64,000 nucleotides of DNA from an uncultured Nitrospiraceae bacterium (GCA_963846575.1 CAWJWJ010000002.1:576001-640000), one strand, 5' to 3'. Shown: positions 11,929 to 21,969, counted from the first letter of the stretch. Program-made: numbers and translations. The notes: a model not told the origin generated them from the letters alone.

Positions 11929-12781
11929 TCTCGTCGTCATCAGTGGCCTTTCCGGATCCGGAAAGAGTCATGCCTTAAAGGCCTTTGAGGACGCAGGGTA
12001 TTTCTGCGTTGACAATCTTCCGCCTGCTCTCCTTCCTACGTTTGTCGAATTGTGTCATCAGCAAGGCGGCGAGATTAAGAACGTCGCCCTCGGAATCGAT
12101 ATTCGTGAACGGGTGTTCTTTGGAGACCTCGCGAAAGTCCTGGGCGAGTTAAAAGCGCAAGGACATGCGTTGCAACTCGTGTTTCTAGAAGCGCGAGAAG
12201 AAGTACTGGTTCGTCGATTTTCGGAGAGCCGTCGCCCGCATCCCTTGTTGCCCGACATGCCGGTCGTGGAAGGCGTGCGATTCGAGCGTGAGCGACTGAG
12301 CGAACTCCGGAAACACGCCGATCGGGTCATCGATACCTCGAACATAACCGTGCATGAATTGCGTGATCTGCTGATTAGGCAATTTCGTCAGGACATTCCT
12401 TCCCGTCGCATGACCATCTCCTTGGTCACCTTCGGATATAAATTCGGAGTTCCCTATGACATCGACCTGCTCTTCGATGTACGATTTATCCGAAACCCGT
12501 TCTTCGTGCCGGAACTCAAGGCCCTCACCGGTGAGGATACTCGGGTTCAGCAGTATGTATTCGCAGATCCGACTGCAGGCCAGTTTCTTGAGCACCTGGA
12601 GGGCCTGCTTGCCTTTCTGATCCCTCTGTATGAACGCGAGCAACGGAGTTATCTCAGTATCGGGATCGGCTGCACCGGGGGCCGTCATCGGTCTGTGACC
12701 ATGGCGCTGCGCCTTCGTGAGCGCCTCGCCACCCTCGGCTACGATGTGTCCGTAACCCACCGAGACCTGCAGAAATCCTAG
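11915..12781 (+). CDS. rapZ: RNase adapter RapZ/YvcJ family P-loop protein
   Basis: GLSGSGKS, CVDNLP, RRFSESRRPHP, DVRFIRNP, GCTGGRHRSV. Confidence 0.95.
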   Translation: MAALNLVVISGLSGSGKSHALKAFEDAGYFCVDNLPPALLPTFVELCHQQGGEIKNVALGIDIRERVFFGDLAKVLGELKAQGHALQLVFLEAREEVLVRRFSESRRPHPLLPDMPVVEGVRFERERLSELRKHADRVIDTSNITVHELRDLLIRQFRQDIPSRRMTISLVTFGYKFGVPYDIDLLFDVRFIRNPFFVPELKALTGEDTRVQQYVFADPTAGQFLEHLEGLLAFLIPLYEREQRSYLSIGIGCTGGRHRSVTMALRLRERLATLGYDVSVTHRDLQKS

Positions 12782-12836
12782 CATTTCAGCTCCCGTCAAC
12801 GGATCCGTGAACCCTCTCGCTTCGACGTCCGCTTTC

Positions 12837-12864
12837 TTGACAGGTGGACTATATCAACTATACT
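12837..12864 (+). promoter_or_regulatory. Sigma70-type promoter for the HTH-pilMNOPQ operon
   Basis: TTGACA-N16-TATACT in an AT-rich intergenic segment. Confidence 0.6.
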
Positions 12865-12915
12865 TAATTTCGTAAGTTCAAATTGCACCGTCAATAGAGG
12901 CGTTTGAGGCAGTGC

Positions 12916-13128
12916 GTGAAGAAAGTCGCTGATGAGTCCAGAAACAAATTGTATAAGACCAATGAGGTCTGCGAGATGTTCGATATCTCGCGAGCTACGT
13001 TGTTTCGTTGGGAGAGAGAAGGGTTAATCTCCGGCCCACCTCGCGATTGGCGAAACTGGCGCCTGTACACAGCCGAAAATGTCGAGCAGATCAAACACGC
13101 GATGGCAAGTCGAAAAGAGGTAGCGTAG
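12916..13128 (+). CDS. Stand-alone MerR-type HTH DNA-binding protein
   Basis: YKTNEVCEMFDISRATLFRWEREGLI...RNWRLYT is a MerR/excisionase-like winged HTH; GAGG upstream of GTG. Confidence 0.8.
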   Translation: MKKVADESRNKLYKTNEVCEMFDISRATLFRWEREGLISGPPRDWRNWRLYTAENVEQIKHAMASRKEVA

Positions 13129-13143
13129 AGAGGGTATGGCACG

Positions 13144-14238
13144 ATGACTTCATTGAAAAGCCTGATGAGTCTTGATTTTCTCTCTATGTTTTCTCCGCAA
13201 CGTCAACTGTTGGGGCTCGATATCGGCTCAAGCAGTATCAAGGTGGTTCAGATCAAGGAACATCGAGGCCATTACACCCTACAGAAATTTGGCGTGAAGG
13301 AGTTGGAGCCGGAAGTGATCGTGGACGGTACTGTCATGGACGAGGGGCGTGTGGTCTCGGCAATTAAGGAGTTGTTGGACGAACACAAGGTCGACCTGAA
13401 GCAGGTGGCCATCTCGATTTCCGGTCATGCGGTCATCGTCAAGAAGATCAGCCTCCCGCCCATGCCAGACGAGGAACTCGATGGACAGGTAAAGCTCTCG
13501 GCGGAGCAGTACATCCCCTTCGACATTAACGAGGTCAATCTCGATTTTCACGTCCTGCCTTCTTCTGAAAATACAGCTGAGCAGGATGAGATGTCCATCG
13601 TGCTGGTCGCGGCCAAAAAGGACAAGGTCAACGAGTTAACCGAGTTGGTGAAGGCGGCTGGGTTGGTTCCTATCGTGATGGATGTCGATGCCTTTGCAAT
13701 TGAAAATATGTATGGCGTGACCTGCCCCGCATCGCAGGACGACACCACGACCTTGGTTAACATCGGCGCCAGCGTCATGAACGTGAATATCGTACGCGGC
13801 GGCGTCTCCCTGTTCACCCGAGATATTCCATTGGGAGGCAATCGATATTCCGAGGCGGTACAGCGCGAAATGGGTGTGTCATTCGAGGAAGCGGAGCAAC
13901 TTAAGAAGAGCGATCGTGATGACGACCCGACCCTGTCTGCCGTCATGGAAAGCGTCAATGCGGAGGTCGCATCCGAAATCGCGCGCACGATCGATTATTT
14001 CAGAACCACGTCATCAGAGAGCGAGATTGCCCGTGTGTTGCTGTGCGGTGGGGGAGCCAAGGTCAAAGGCCTTGCGCAACAGCTTAGCGATCGAATGCAA
14101 GTGGAGGTGGACATCGCGAATCCCTTCAGTGAGATCGACACCTCATTGTGTGATGTCGATCCCGGTGTTCTGGCAGAGATGGGGCCCCTCGCCGCTGTAG
14201 GGGTAGGCCTCGCACTTCGGACGGTGGGGGATCGATGA
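13144..14238 (+). CDS. pilM: Type IV pilus assembly protein PilM
   Basis: GLDIGSSSIK actin-like fold, AEQYIPF, VGLALR end. Confidence 0.95.
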   Translation: MTSLKSLMSLDFLSMFSPQRQLLGLDIGSSSIKVVQIKEHRGHYTLQKFGVKELEPEVIVDGTVMDEGRVVSAIKELLDEHKVDLKQVAISISGHAVIVKKISLPPMPDEELDGQVKLSAEQYIPFDINEVNLDFHVLPSSENTAEQDEMSIVLVAAKKDKVNELTELVKAAGLVPIVMDVDAFAIENMYGVTCPASQDDTTTLVNIGASVMNVNIVRGGVSLFTRDIPLGGNRYSEAVQREMGVSFEEAEQLKKSDRDDDPTLSAVMESVNAEVASEIARTIDYFRTTSSESEIARVLLCGGGAKVKGLAQQLSDRMQVEVDIANPFSEIDTSLCDVDPGVLAEMGPLAAVGVGLALRTVGDR

Positions 14239-14789
14239 TTAGAATCAACTTACTCGCAACCGGGCCCAAGACCAGAAAAGCCAAACCGCAATGGGATGTA
14301 CGCGCCGAGGCGTTGCTCGGCGTCGGCGTACTCTTGATCACGCTGACGGGGTGCTGGTTTTACGCATCCTCGCTCGAGGATGAGATCCAGGCAAAACAAA
14401 GTGAGAAACAAACCAAAGACACTCAGGTGGCTAAGCTCAAAGAGCAGGTGAAAGCGGTTCAAGATTTCGAGGATAAGAAGAAACAACTCGAGGCGAAGAA
14501 TCGCATCATCGATGAATTGGAAAAGAGTCGAACCGGCCCGGTGAAAGTCCTGGATCATGTCAGTCAAAGTCTCAACCCGCTCAAGGTCTGGCTCGTGCGG
14601 ATGTCTCTCAAGGGTAACAGTGTCGAATTGGAAGGACGAGCCCTGACGAACGATGACGTCGTGGAATTCGTCAACAATCTTCGGCGTACCGAACAGTTTG
14701 GCTCGATCAAACTGATGGAGAGCCGGGCAGGACTAGACAACAAGATGAATACCTATCAATTCAAACTCGACCTGTCCATGAAAGGCTAA
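14235..14789 (+). CDS. pilN: Type IV pilus assembly protein PilN
   Basis: MIRINLL motif, TM helix, coiled coil. Confidence 0.92.
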   Translation: MIRINLLATGPKTRKAKPQWDVRAEALLGVGVLLITLTGCWFYASSLEDEIQAKQSEKQTKDTQVAKLKEQVKAVQDFEDKKKQLEAKNRIIDELEKSRTGPVKVLDHVSQSLNPLKVWLVRMSLKGNSVELEGRALTNDDVVEFVNNLRRTEQFGSIKLMESRAGLDNKMNTYQFKLDLSMKG

Positions 14790-14790
14790 T

Positions 14791-15408
14791 ATGAGTCTGA
14801 ATGCGATCAGTCTGGACGGTCTTCGCAGTATTCCGATAGGTCAAAAAATCGCACTGCTCGGATTGCTCGTGGCGGCGATTCTGGTCGGATTTTATTTCTA
14901 TGTCGTCGAACCGAAGGGTACTGAATTAGTCGCGGTTCAGGGACAGGTGGCTCAGTTGGACACCGAGATTCAAAATCTCACACTGAAGATGAAGCATCTG
15001 GATGAACTCGTGGCAGCCAGTAAGCAACTGGAGATTGAGTTGGCAGCCAAAAAAGAACGCCTCCCGCCGGAAGAGGAAGCGGTTATGTTGCTCAAACAAG
15101 TGTCGGATCTTGGGCTTCGGTTGGGACTGGATTTTCGGCTCTGGAAGCCGGGTCCCCAGGCAGAGGATCCGTCAAAATTATTCATTCGAATGCCGATCAA
15201 CGTGGAGGTGGCCGGTGGATATCATACGGCTGCTATCTTCTTCGACCGGATCAGTAAACTGTCCCGTATTGTCACCGTTCAGGATGTGCGGATCGGAGCG
15301 CCCCGGGTTGATCAAGGACGAGTGGTGACGCAAACGGTATTCGATCTGGTGGCCTACGCCGCCCCACAGGAAAAGAGCGCTGCCGGACCGGTAGTGAAGC
15401 CGAAGTGA
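14791..15408 (+). CDS. pilO: Type IV pilus assembly protein PilO
   Basis: TM + coiled coil + GGYH...FFDRISKLSRIV. Confidence 0.92.
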   Translation: MSLNAISLDGLRSIPIGQKIALLGLLVAAILVGFYFYVVEPKGTELVAVQGQVAQLDTEIQNLTLKMKHLDELVAASKQLEIELAAKKERLPPEEEAVMLLKQVSDLGLRLGLDFRLWKPGPQAEDPSKLFIRMPINVEVAGGYHTAAIFFDRISKLSRIVTVQDVRIGAPRVDQGRVVTQTVFDLVAYAAPQEKSAAGPVVKPK

Positions 15409-15448
15409 CGAATGGGCCCGACTCACGTCCAACGCAAGGGGAAGCATC

Positions 15449-16060
15449 GTGAAGATACGAGTATGGCGGAGTAAGTGGATTGCCCTGGCGAACATCGGGG
15501 CGATACTGGTGGTGGGCGGCATGGCCTTGCCCGGGGAATCCAAAAGCCTTCCCCACCTTCGTCAAGTCGCATCCATGCGTCCGGCTGACTCCTTGAAGGT
15601 CATGCCGCTCCCCGAGGCACAAAAGCCTGTGCCGAGTTTCGAATCGTCCGCTCAGCCCGTGAGTCCGTCGGTGTCGCAGCCGGGGGAATCGTTGCCCCTG
15701 ACATTCTCCGGACTCTCATACGATCCTTCCGGCCGTCGCGATCCCTTTCTGCCCATCTTGCAGTCAGGCGAACAGGATGCGCTGGATTCCAGTCTCCCTC
15801 CGCTGCAGCGGGTGGGCTTGACGGAGCTGAGTTTGATCGCTGTGCTCTGGGGAAATTACGGTTATACGGCCATGGTTCAAACACCCGACGGCAAAGGATA
15901 CAGTATTCGCCGCGGAACGAGGATCGGGCCCAATAACGGGGTGGTCAGTTCAATCACCGAACGAGGTATCATCGTTCAAGAGCGGTTCACGGACGTGTAC
16001 GGGAATAAGCAGGAGCGAGAATATGTGAAGCTTCTGCACCCGAAAGAGGGCACAGAATGA
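15449..16060 (+). CDS. pilP: Type IV pilus assembly protein PilP
   Basis: YDPSGRRDPF, AMVQTPDGKGY, IGPNNG motifs. Confidence 0.9.
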   Translation: MKIRVWRSKWIALANIGAILVVGGMALPGESKSLPHLRQVASMRPADSLKVMPLPEAQKPVPSFESSAQPVSPSVSQPGESLPLTFSGLSYDPSGRRDPFLPILQSGEQDALDSSLPPLQRVGLTELSLIAVLWGNYGYTAMVQTPDGKGYSIRRGTRIGPNNGVVSSITERGIIVQERFTDVYGNKQEREYVKLLHPKEGTE

Positions 16061-18048
16061 AACAAGCACAGGTTGGTGTTCATCCGTTGCTGAGTGTCAC
16101 TGTCATTGCCGGGGTGTTGGGATTTGCCGCCTATGGGCAGGCCGTCATGCCCGGTGAGACAACCGGACTGCCTGGATTGACGCAGGTTGCCGGTCCCGAC
16201 GCCGAAGGGCTGTCGATGGGCAGCACACTCGACACCGCGCAGGACGCGACAGTTGGAGCTCCGGCAACTGTGTTAACCAAGGTCGAAGCCAAATCAGAAG
16301 GAAGCCGGGTCGCGGTGCTCCTGACCAGTGACGGTATATTGATTCCTACCGTGAAAATGATAGGGGAGCGCCGCATGGTCCTCGACATGCCGGGTATCCA
16401 ATCGGATGGACGTCAGTCACAAGTACTCGTTGGCCACCCTCTCTTGAAGCGGATTCGGTTTGGGTACCATCCGGAAAAGGTGCGCTTGGTGCTTGATTTG
16501 ACGCAGTCCGTCGACCACAGCATTCAGTCGACCGACGGTCGTCTAATCGTAACACTGGAGCCCAAGACGGCTGTGGCGACGAATGAGGCAGTTACGGCTG
16601 AGCCTGAGGCGCTGTCGTCGCAGGTCCTTGCACCGCACAGCCTGCCGACCTCCACATTCCAAGCCCCTGCCCATCTGATGCTCATTACTCATAAAGCACC
16701 CAAGGCCTTGTTGCATGCCCAGTCCATTCAGTTAAATGCCGAGTCATTTCAAAAGGACGATAAGAAGACGGACACCAGTGATGTTGTCCACGGGTCGTCA
16801 CGTTTTATCGGGCGCCGCATTTCCCTGGATTTTCAGCAGGCCGACATCAGCAATGTCCTGCGGTTGATTGCCGAAGTTAGCGGATTCAACATCGTGGTCG
16901 GCGAGGGCGTCAAAAATAAGGTCACGATGAAGCTGGCGAATGTTCCGTGGGATCAGGCACTCGAGATGCTTCTGAAGATGAATGCCTTAGGCATGATCCG
17001 CCAGGGCAATATCGTCTGGGTTGATACACTGCAGAATATCGCCAAGCAGCAGGACGAAGAGGCGCGTGCCAAAGATTCGAAGGCGAAGGCCGAGCCGATC
17101 GTCACACGCGTGTTCTACATCCGCAACCTCAACGCGCTGGAAGTCCAGACGTCGCTTCGGCAAAACCTGAGCCCGCGGGGCACCATGACGGTCAGCGCCG
17201 CGAGCAATGCTCTCATCATCAGCGATACCGAGTCCAAGTTGGACGTGCTGCGGCAACTGTTGGATGGAGTGGATCTTGAGGTGCCGCAAGTGCAGATCGA
17301 AGCGCGCATTGTTCAGGCGGATACTACCTATACACGGTCGCTGGGTGTCCAATGGGGAATTCAAAACGTCAACCAGTTGGGAGCGTCGAGTGGGACATCC
17401 GCGTTCAAGACAGGCACCACAGGGAGCTTCGGTGCTCAAGTGTCAGACTTCCTGATCAACTTGCCTGCCAACCCCGGGTTGCCGTCTGTGCCCGGTGCGG
17501 GATTCTCAATTGGAAAAACCGATGGAGCCATGTTGGATGTCCGGCTGTCAGCCGGCGAACTGCTGGGATTGACCAAGGTCATCGCGGCGCCGAAGATCAC
17601 TACGCTGGATAAGCGAGACGCCAAAATTGCACAGGGAGAGTCTATCCCTTTTCAAACTACTTCGTTACAGGGAACACAGACCACATTCGTGGATGCCAAC
17701 CTGGAGTTGAACGTGACTCCCCAGATCACTTCACGGGACCCAAAGGAGATCGGCAAACAGATTCTGATGAAAGTACGAGCGACCAGGAATGCCGTTGGTG
17801 CGCGAAGCAACCCTGCCGGTCCGAGCATTGATCGTCGCGAGGCTACGACCCAGGTTCTGGTACGTGACGGGGAGACGATGGTCATTGGCGGTGTTTTCGT
17901 CGACACCCAGTCGAACAATGTGGCGGGAATCCCCTATCTGTCACGAGTTCCGGTCCTGGGGTGGTTATTCAAGAATAAGACTGAGAATGTGTCCAAGCAG
18001 GAACTCTTGATCTTCCTGACCCCGACGATCGTTCGATCGACAACTTGA
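16057..18048 (+). CDS. pilQ: Type IV pilus secretin PilQ
   Basis: AMIN-like N-terminus, ISLDFQQADI, QVQIEARIV, secretin signature IPYLSRVPVLGWLF...ELLIFLTP. Confidence 0.96.
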   Translation: MKQAQVGVHPLLSVTVIAGVLGFAAYGQAVMPGETTGLPGLTQVAGPDAEGLSMGSTLDTAQDATVGAPATVLTKVEAKSEGSRVAVLLTSDGILIPTVKMIGERRMVLDMPGIQSDGRQSQVLVGHPLLKRIRFGYHPEKVRLVLDLTQSVDHSIQSTDGRLIVTLEPKTAVATNEAVTAEPEALSSQVLAPHSLPTSTFQAPAHLMLITHKAPKALLHAQSIQLNAESFQKDDKKTDTSDVVHGSSRFIGRRISLDFQQADISNVLRLIAEVSGFNIVVGEGVKNKVTMKLANVPWDQALEMLLKMNALGMIRQGNIVWVDTLQNIAKQQDEEARAKDSKAKAEPIVTRVFYIRNLNALEVQTSLRQNLSPRGTMTVSAASNALIISDTESKLDVLRQLLDGVDLEVPQVQIEARIVQADTTYTRSLGVQWGIQNVNQLGASSGTSAFKTGTTGSFGAQVSDFLINLPANPGLPSVPGAGFSIGKTDGAMLDVRLSAGELLGLTKVIAAPKITTLDKRDAKIAQGESIPFQTTSLQGTQTTFVDANLELNVTPQITSRDPKEIGKQILMKVRATRNAVGARSNPAGPSIDRREATTQVLVRDGETMVIGGVFVDTQSNNVAGIPYLSRVPVLGWLFKNKTENVSKQELLIFLTPTIVRSTT

Positions 18049-18438
18049 CAGGTCCTGGGAAGACCAGTTAATAATCGCCTCCATTGATGACAGTATGCTG
18101 TCTCGATGGGGGCGAATCCCACGGAACGTGCTTCCTCGCCGGCTTACTAGGCGCTTCTTCCGGGCTTTCCCTCTCACACAGACAGATTCACCATCATAGG
18201 TCTTCCCAGCTGAAATTAGCGTCAGGGGGGATCTACGCCTGAGGGCCCACGGTGCCCGTTTCTCCCGCACTGTGTATTGGTACACTTGCTCTCTGCTGGC
18301 ACCCATAATATCTGATAACGAAGGATGTTCTCTGGGCTTGTCTCAAAATGTCAGGCCGGATCAGGTGGGTGCACTATGAACGTTCCCCACCCCTTCCATA
18401 ACTGAAAGGATCAGCGAAAGTCTTCTGTGTCCTCTCTT

Positions 18439-19596
18439 ATGACTCTTCCCGATACCGACAGCCTTCGCCAAACCATTCATGTCGAACTCGGAGCGCGCAG
18501 CTACGCCATCCACCTGCAACGTGATCTCTTGGGGTCGATTGGACAAGAATTGAAGCGGCTCGGGTGCTCAGGGAAAGTAGGAATCATCACCGACCGAAAT
18601 CTGGCCGGCCGCTATCTCAAGGGGGTGAGCCGGATTCTAAAAACCGCCGGATTTGCCGTCGTTCCCGTTGTGCTTGTTCCTGGAGAGCGGACGAAAACCC
18701 TGCGCTCTATTACGGCGATTATGGATGCTCTGGTAGAGGCCAAATTTGAGCGCACGTCAACGTTGCTGGCGCTGGGCGGTGGGGTGATCGGCGATCTCAC
18801 GGGATTCGCGGCAGCAATTTACCAGCGCGGTATTCCATTTGTGCAGGTGCCCACCAGCTTGGTGGCTCAGGTTGACTCCAGTGTCGGTGGGAAGACGGGT
18901 GTCGACCATCCCAAGGGAAAAAACCTGATCGGTGCCTTCAATCAGCCGCGTGCGGTATTGATCGATCCGGCGACGTTGTCGACTTTGCCGGCGCGTGAGT
19001 GGAGGGCAGGGCTGGGCGAAGTCATCAAGTATGGGGTGATTGCGGACGAGGCGTTCTTTGAGTATTTGGAACAGCATATAGAACCGATCTTGAGGTTGGA
19101 TGACGATGCTGTTGGACGAATCGTGAAACGGTCCTGCGAAATAAAAGCGCAGGTCGTATCCGAGGATGAACGTGAAACGGATCGGCGTCGCATTCTGAAT
19201 TTTGGTCACACCATCGGTCATGCCCTGGAATCCCTCTGCGGATACCGTGGATTGATTCATGGTGAAGCAGTGGCGGTCGGGATGGTATACGAGGCGGACC
19301 TGTCGAGGCATTTGGGTCTATGCGATGAAGCTCTGGTTACCCGTCTACGCGCCTTGATCCGGGCGGCCGGCCTGCCAACCTCTCTGCCCTCTGTCACGTT
19401 TAGCTCCCTCTGGCGCGCTATGCAGCAGGACAAGAAGGTATCGGCGGGAACGGTCTACTGCGTCCTGCCGGAACGAATCGGCTCCGTCCGCGTCGTTCCC
19501 CTGGAGAAAGGGAACGTCCGGGCATGGTTCGATGCCGTTCGTGCTAGTGAAGCGCCGGGTAGAAGAATCCGCCCAACCAAGCGACATTCCCGATAG
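18439..19596 (+). CDS. aroB: 3-dehydroquinate synthase
   Basis: LGGGVIGD, QVDSSVGGKT, LNFGHTIGHA, HGEAV. Confidence 0.97.
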   Translation: MTLPDTDSLRQTIHVELGARSYAIHLQRDLLGSIGQELKRLGCSGKVGIITDRNLAGRYLKGVSRILKTAGFAVVPVVLVPGERTKTLRSITAIMDALVEAKFERTSTLLALGGGVIGDLTGFAAAIYQRGIPFVQVPTSLVAQVDSSVGGKTGVDHPKGKNLIGAFNQPRAVLIDPATLSTLPAREWRAGLGEVIKYGVIADEAFFEYLEQHIEPILRLDDDAVGRIVKRSCEIKAQVVSEDERETDRRRILNFGHTIGHALESLCGYRGLIHGEAVAVGMVYEADLSRHLGLCDEALVTRLRALIRAAGLPTSLPSVTFSSLWRAMQQDKKVSAGTVYCVLPERIGSVRVVPLEKGNVRAWFDAVRASEAPGRRIRPTKRHSR

Positions 19597-19602
19597 GAAC
19601 CT

Positions 19603-20856
19603 ATGGCGGCCAAGCGCACGGTCAATCAGCTGGAACAGGCGTTGCGAGAGAAAACCCGCGAGGTCGACGTTCTGCATCGCATTAGCGAGTCCATCAGCAA
19701 TACCCTCGATCTGGAGTCGGTCCTTCGGCATATCGTCGACATGGTCGTCGAGGTGACCAAAGCCGATGCCTGCCTGCTGTACTTGATCTCGGATGGGAGG
19801 GACGAACTCATCCTGAGGGCTTCGAAAAATCCCCATCCTAAATTAATCGGACGGATCACCATCGGGTTGGGCGAAGGGATCACCGGCTGGGTGGCCCGGG
19901 AGCGGACCCGTGTGGTGATTCCGAATAGCGCAAGCGATGATTCGCGATTTAAATTTTTCCATAACCTTCCAGAAGACCGCTATCAGGCGTTTGTCTCCGT
20001 GCCCATTACGACCAAGCAGGAAGTGGTCGGGGTCATCAACGTGCAGCATAAGCGGTCGCGCCGGTATCGTCCGGACGAACTGGCGTTGCTTTCGACGGTC
20101 GCCACACAGGTGGGTGGGGCTATTGAAAATGCACGTCTGTACGATCAAATGACGCGCAAGGCCCTGCAACTCGACACACTGTCGCAGGTGTCGGAAACTG
20201 TGTCCTCGAATCGATTGATCGAGGATGTGTTGCAGCTGATTGTGACGATGACGGCGCAAATGATGGGCTCAAAGATCTGTTCCATCATTTTGCTGGATCA
20301 GGCGAGCGGCGAACTTCGGATCGCCGCCACGCAAAGTTTGAGCGAGCAATACCGGCGCAAACCCAATGTGAGGATCGGTCAGAGCATCAGCGGGCGGGCG
20401 GTTCAGGATCGTCGACCGATCATCGTCCCGGATGTTACGAAAGACAGCAGCTATATGTATCCGGATATGGCAGGGAAAGAGGGACTCTGTTCGCTGCTGT
20501 GCGTGCCGATGCTGGTACGGGAGAAGGCTATCGGGGTCATTAACACCTATACGTCCAAACCACATACCTTCACGAGTGAGGACGTGAAACTCATGCAGGC
20601 CATCGCCAACCAGGCAGCCATTTCGATCGAGCATACGACTTTATTGGAGAAGTCGTTTGAGATGCAGGAGGCCTTGCAGGTCCGCAAGTTGCTCGACCGG
20701 GCTAAGGGATATTTAATGCGGGCGAAACGGTTATCCGAAGACGAGGCCTTCAAGCTGATTCAAAGGCAAAGCATGGACCTCCGAAAATCCATGCGGGAAA
20801 TCGCTGAAGCCATTCTGTTGGCGGGCGAAATCGAAGATCGCGCCGATAAAAAATAG
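19603..20856 (+). CDS. GAF-GAF-ANTAR RNA-binding regulator (putative antiterminator)
   Basis: Two GAF repeats (GEGITGWVA...VPI...VGVINV; GQSISGRAV...VPM...IGVINTY) and C-terminal ANTAR (RKLLDRAKGYLM...LSEDEAFKLIQRQSMDLRKSMREIAEAI). Confidence 0.92.
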   Translation: MAAKRTVNQLEQALREKTREVDVLHRISESISNTLDLESVLRHIVDMVVEVTKADACLLYLISDGRDELILRASKNPHPKLIGRITIGLGEGITGWVARERTRVVIPNSASDDSRFKFFHNLPEDRYQAFVSVPITTKQEVVGVINVQHKRSRRYRPDELALLSTVATQVGGAIENARLYDQMTRKALQLDTLSQVSETVSSNRLIEDVLQLIVTMTAQMMGSKICSIILLDQASGELRIAATQSLSEQYRRKPNVRIGQSISGRAVQDRRPIIVPDVTKDSSYMYPDMAGKEGLCSLLCVPMLVREKAIGVINTYTSKPHTFTSEDVKLMQAIANQAAISIEHTTLLEKSFEMQEALQVRKLLDRAKGYLMRAKRLSEDEAFKLIQRQSMDLRKSMREIAEAILLAGEIEDRADKK

Positions 20857-20863
20857 GGCTCTC

Positions 20864-21826
20864 CTAGGGTGTGCGTTCTTCAGGTGCGGTTGGACGCGGC
20901 ACGACGGAGGGCGAACTCCCCCGATTGAGCTGCTGAGTGTCCAATTGACGTTTGATATCCTGCAGTTCCCTGCGTAGTTCCTCGATCTCTGCATCCTTCC
21001 TTCTCAGATTGTCCTGAATGGCTCGAAGGTCTGTCTCGGGTTCCACTGCTTGCGTTGGCCGCTGGACGGAAGTCGGGCGGGGAGTTTCCCCAGCGAGTCC
21101 CGTCGGCGGCGCAGGGGCGGTCGGAGCGGGCAGTCGTGCCAGTGCATCATAATCAATAATCAGAATGTCCGCCAAGTCCTCGGCAAAGCGTGGTGTAAAA
21201 GACTGGGGGCGCAAGGCTTCCGCAGGAAGAAAGAGGAGATGGCGATTGAGGAGTTGATTGGGCTGGGGAACGCGGCGATTGGGCATGCTGATCGTGTCGG
21301 GGTCATTCGCTCTTCGGCGGTACTCATGCAGAGAAATGTAGAGCGAACGGCCGTATGCGAACACGTGGCCGCTCGTGGTTTCTTTGGCTGACAATTGAAC
21401 GGGTGGTTCGGATGACCCCACTGCAGCGCCAGCTCGTTCCCGATATCCGCCGGTGCCTTCCTGGATCAAGCGAAACCCCACCCGTTGATCTGCGGCAGCC
21501 TGCCTCAGTCCGTCCACGATTGCGGGGGCGAGAAAAGCGACTTCGGACCCTGAAAAGACCGGAACGTTTGGCTGTTCCCGTGAGGTGAGGGCTCTCAGCA
21601 GCCCGGTGTCTTCGTGGATTTTAATGCCCTGTAAGCTGCGCGCGATGAGGGCCTGGTCAAGCCGGATGGGATGGGCTGCCTGAAAGTGGCGGTCAGGAAT
21701 ACGGTCGAGATAGACGGTGCCTTGCTCGGATTGCCGCACAACAAAATCGACTTGTGACCCGGTTGTGCATCCTGTGGCCCAGAGCATCCAGACCAGGGTG
21801 AAGGTGAGAGAGGGAGAGTAGCGCAT
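20864..21826 (-). CDS. Putative lipoprotein with C-terminal coiled coil (paralog of 34995-35906)
   Basis: Signal peptide ending WATG-C; FQAAHP and EVAFLAPAIV...QAAADQRVGF motifs shared with the paralog. Confidence 0.7.
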   Translation of the reverse strand: MRYSPSLTFTLVWMLWATGCTTGSQVDFVVRQSEQGTVYLDRIPDRHFQAAHPIRLDQALIARSLQGIKIHEDTGLLRALTSREQPNVPVFSGSEVAFLAPAIVDGLRQAAADQRVGFRLIQEGTGGYRERAGAAVGSSEPPVQLSAKETTSGHVFAYGRSLYISLHEYRRRANDPDTISMPNRRVPQPNQLLNRHLLFLPAEALRPQSFTPRFAEDLADILIIDYDALARLPAPTAPAPPTGLAGETPRPTSVQRPTQAVEPETDLRAIQDNLRRKDAEIEELRRELQDIKRQLDTQQLNRGSSPSVVPRPTAPEERTP

Positions 21827-21918
21827 GAGAGTTGGCTCCGACTTTGCCGGCGTCCGAGACCGGCGTAGTGTAGCATAGAGACCCCGTTGGAGAGCGAAGA
21901 ACTGGCCAGTCTCCTCCC

Positions 21919-21948
21919 TTGACAGGAACGCCGTCAAAAGCGTATACA
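21919..21948 (+). promoter_or_regulatory. Probable sigma70 promoter of the urea operon
   Basis: TTGACA-N18-TATACA directly upstream of the structured leader. Confidence 0.45.
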
Positions 21949-21969
21949 CCCCACCAGTATGCGTTCCGG

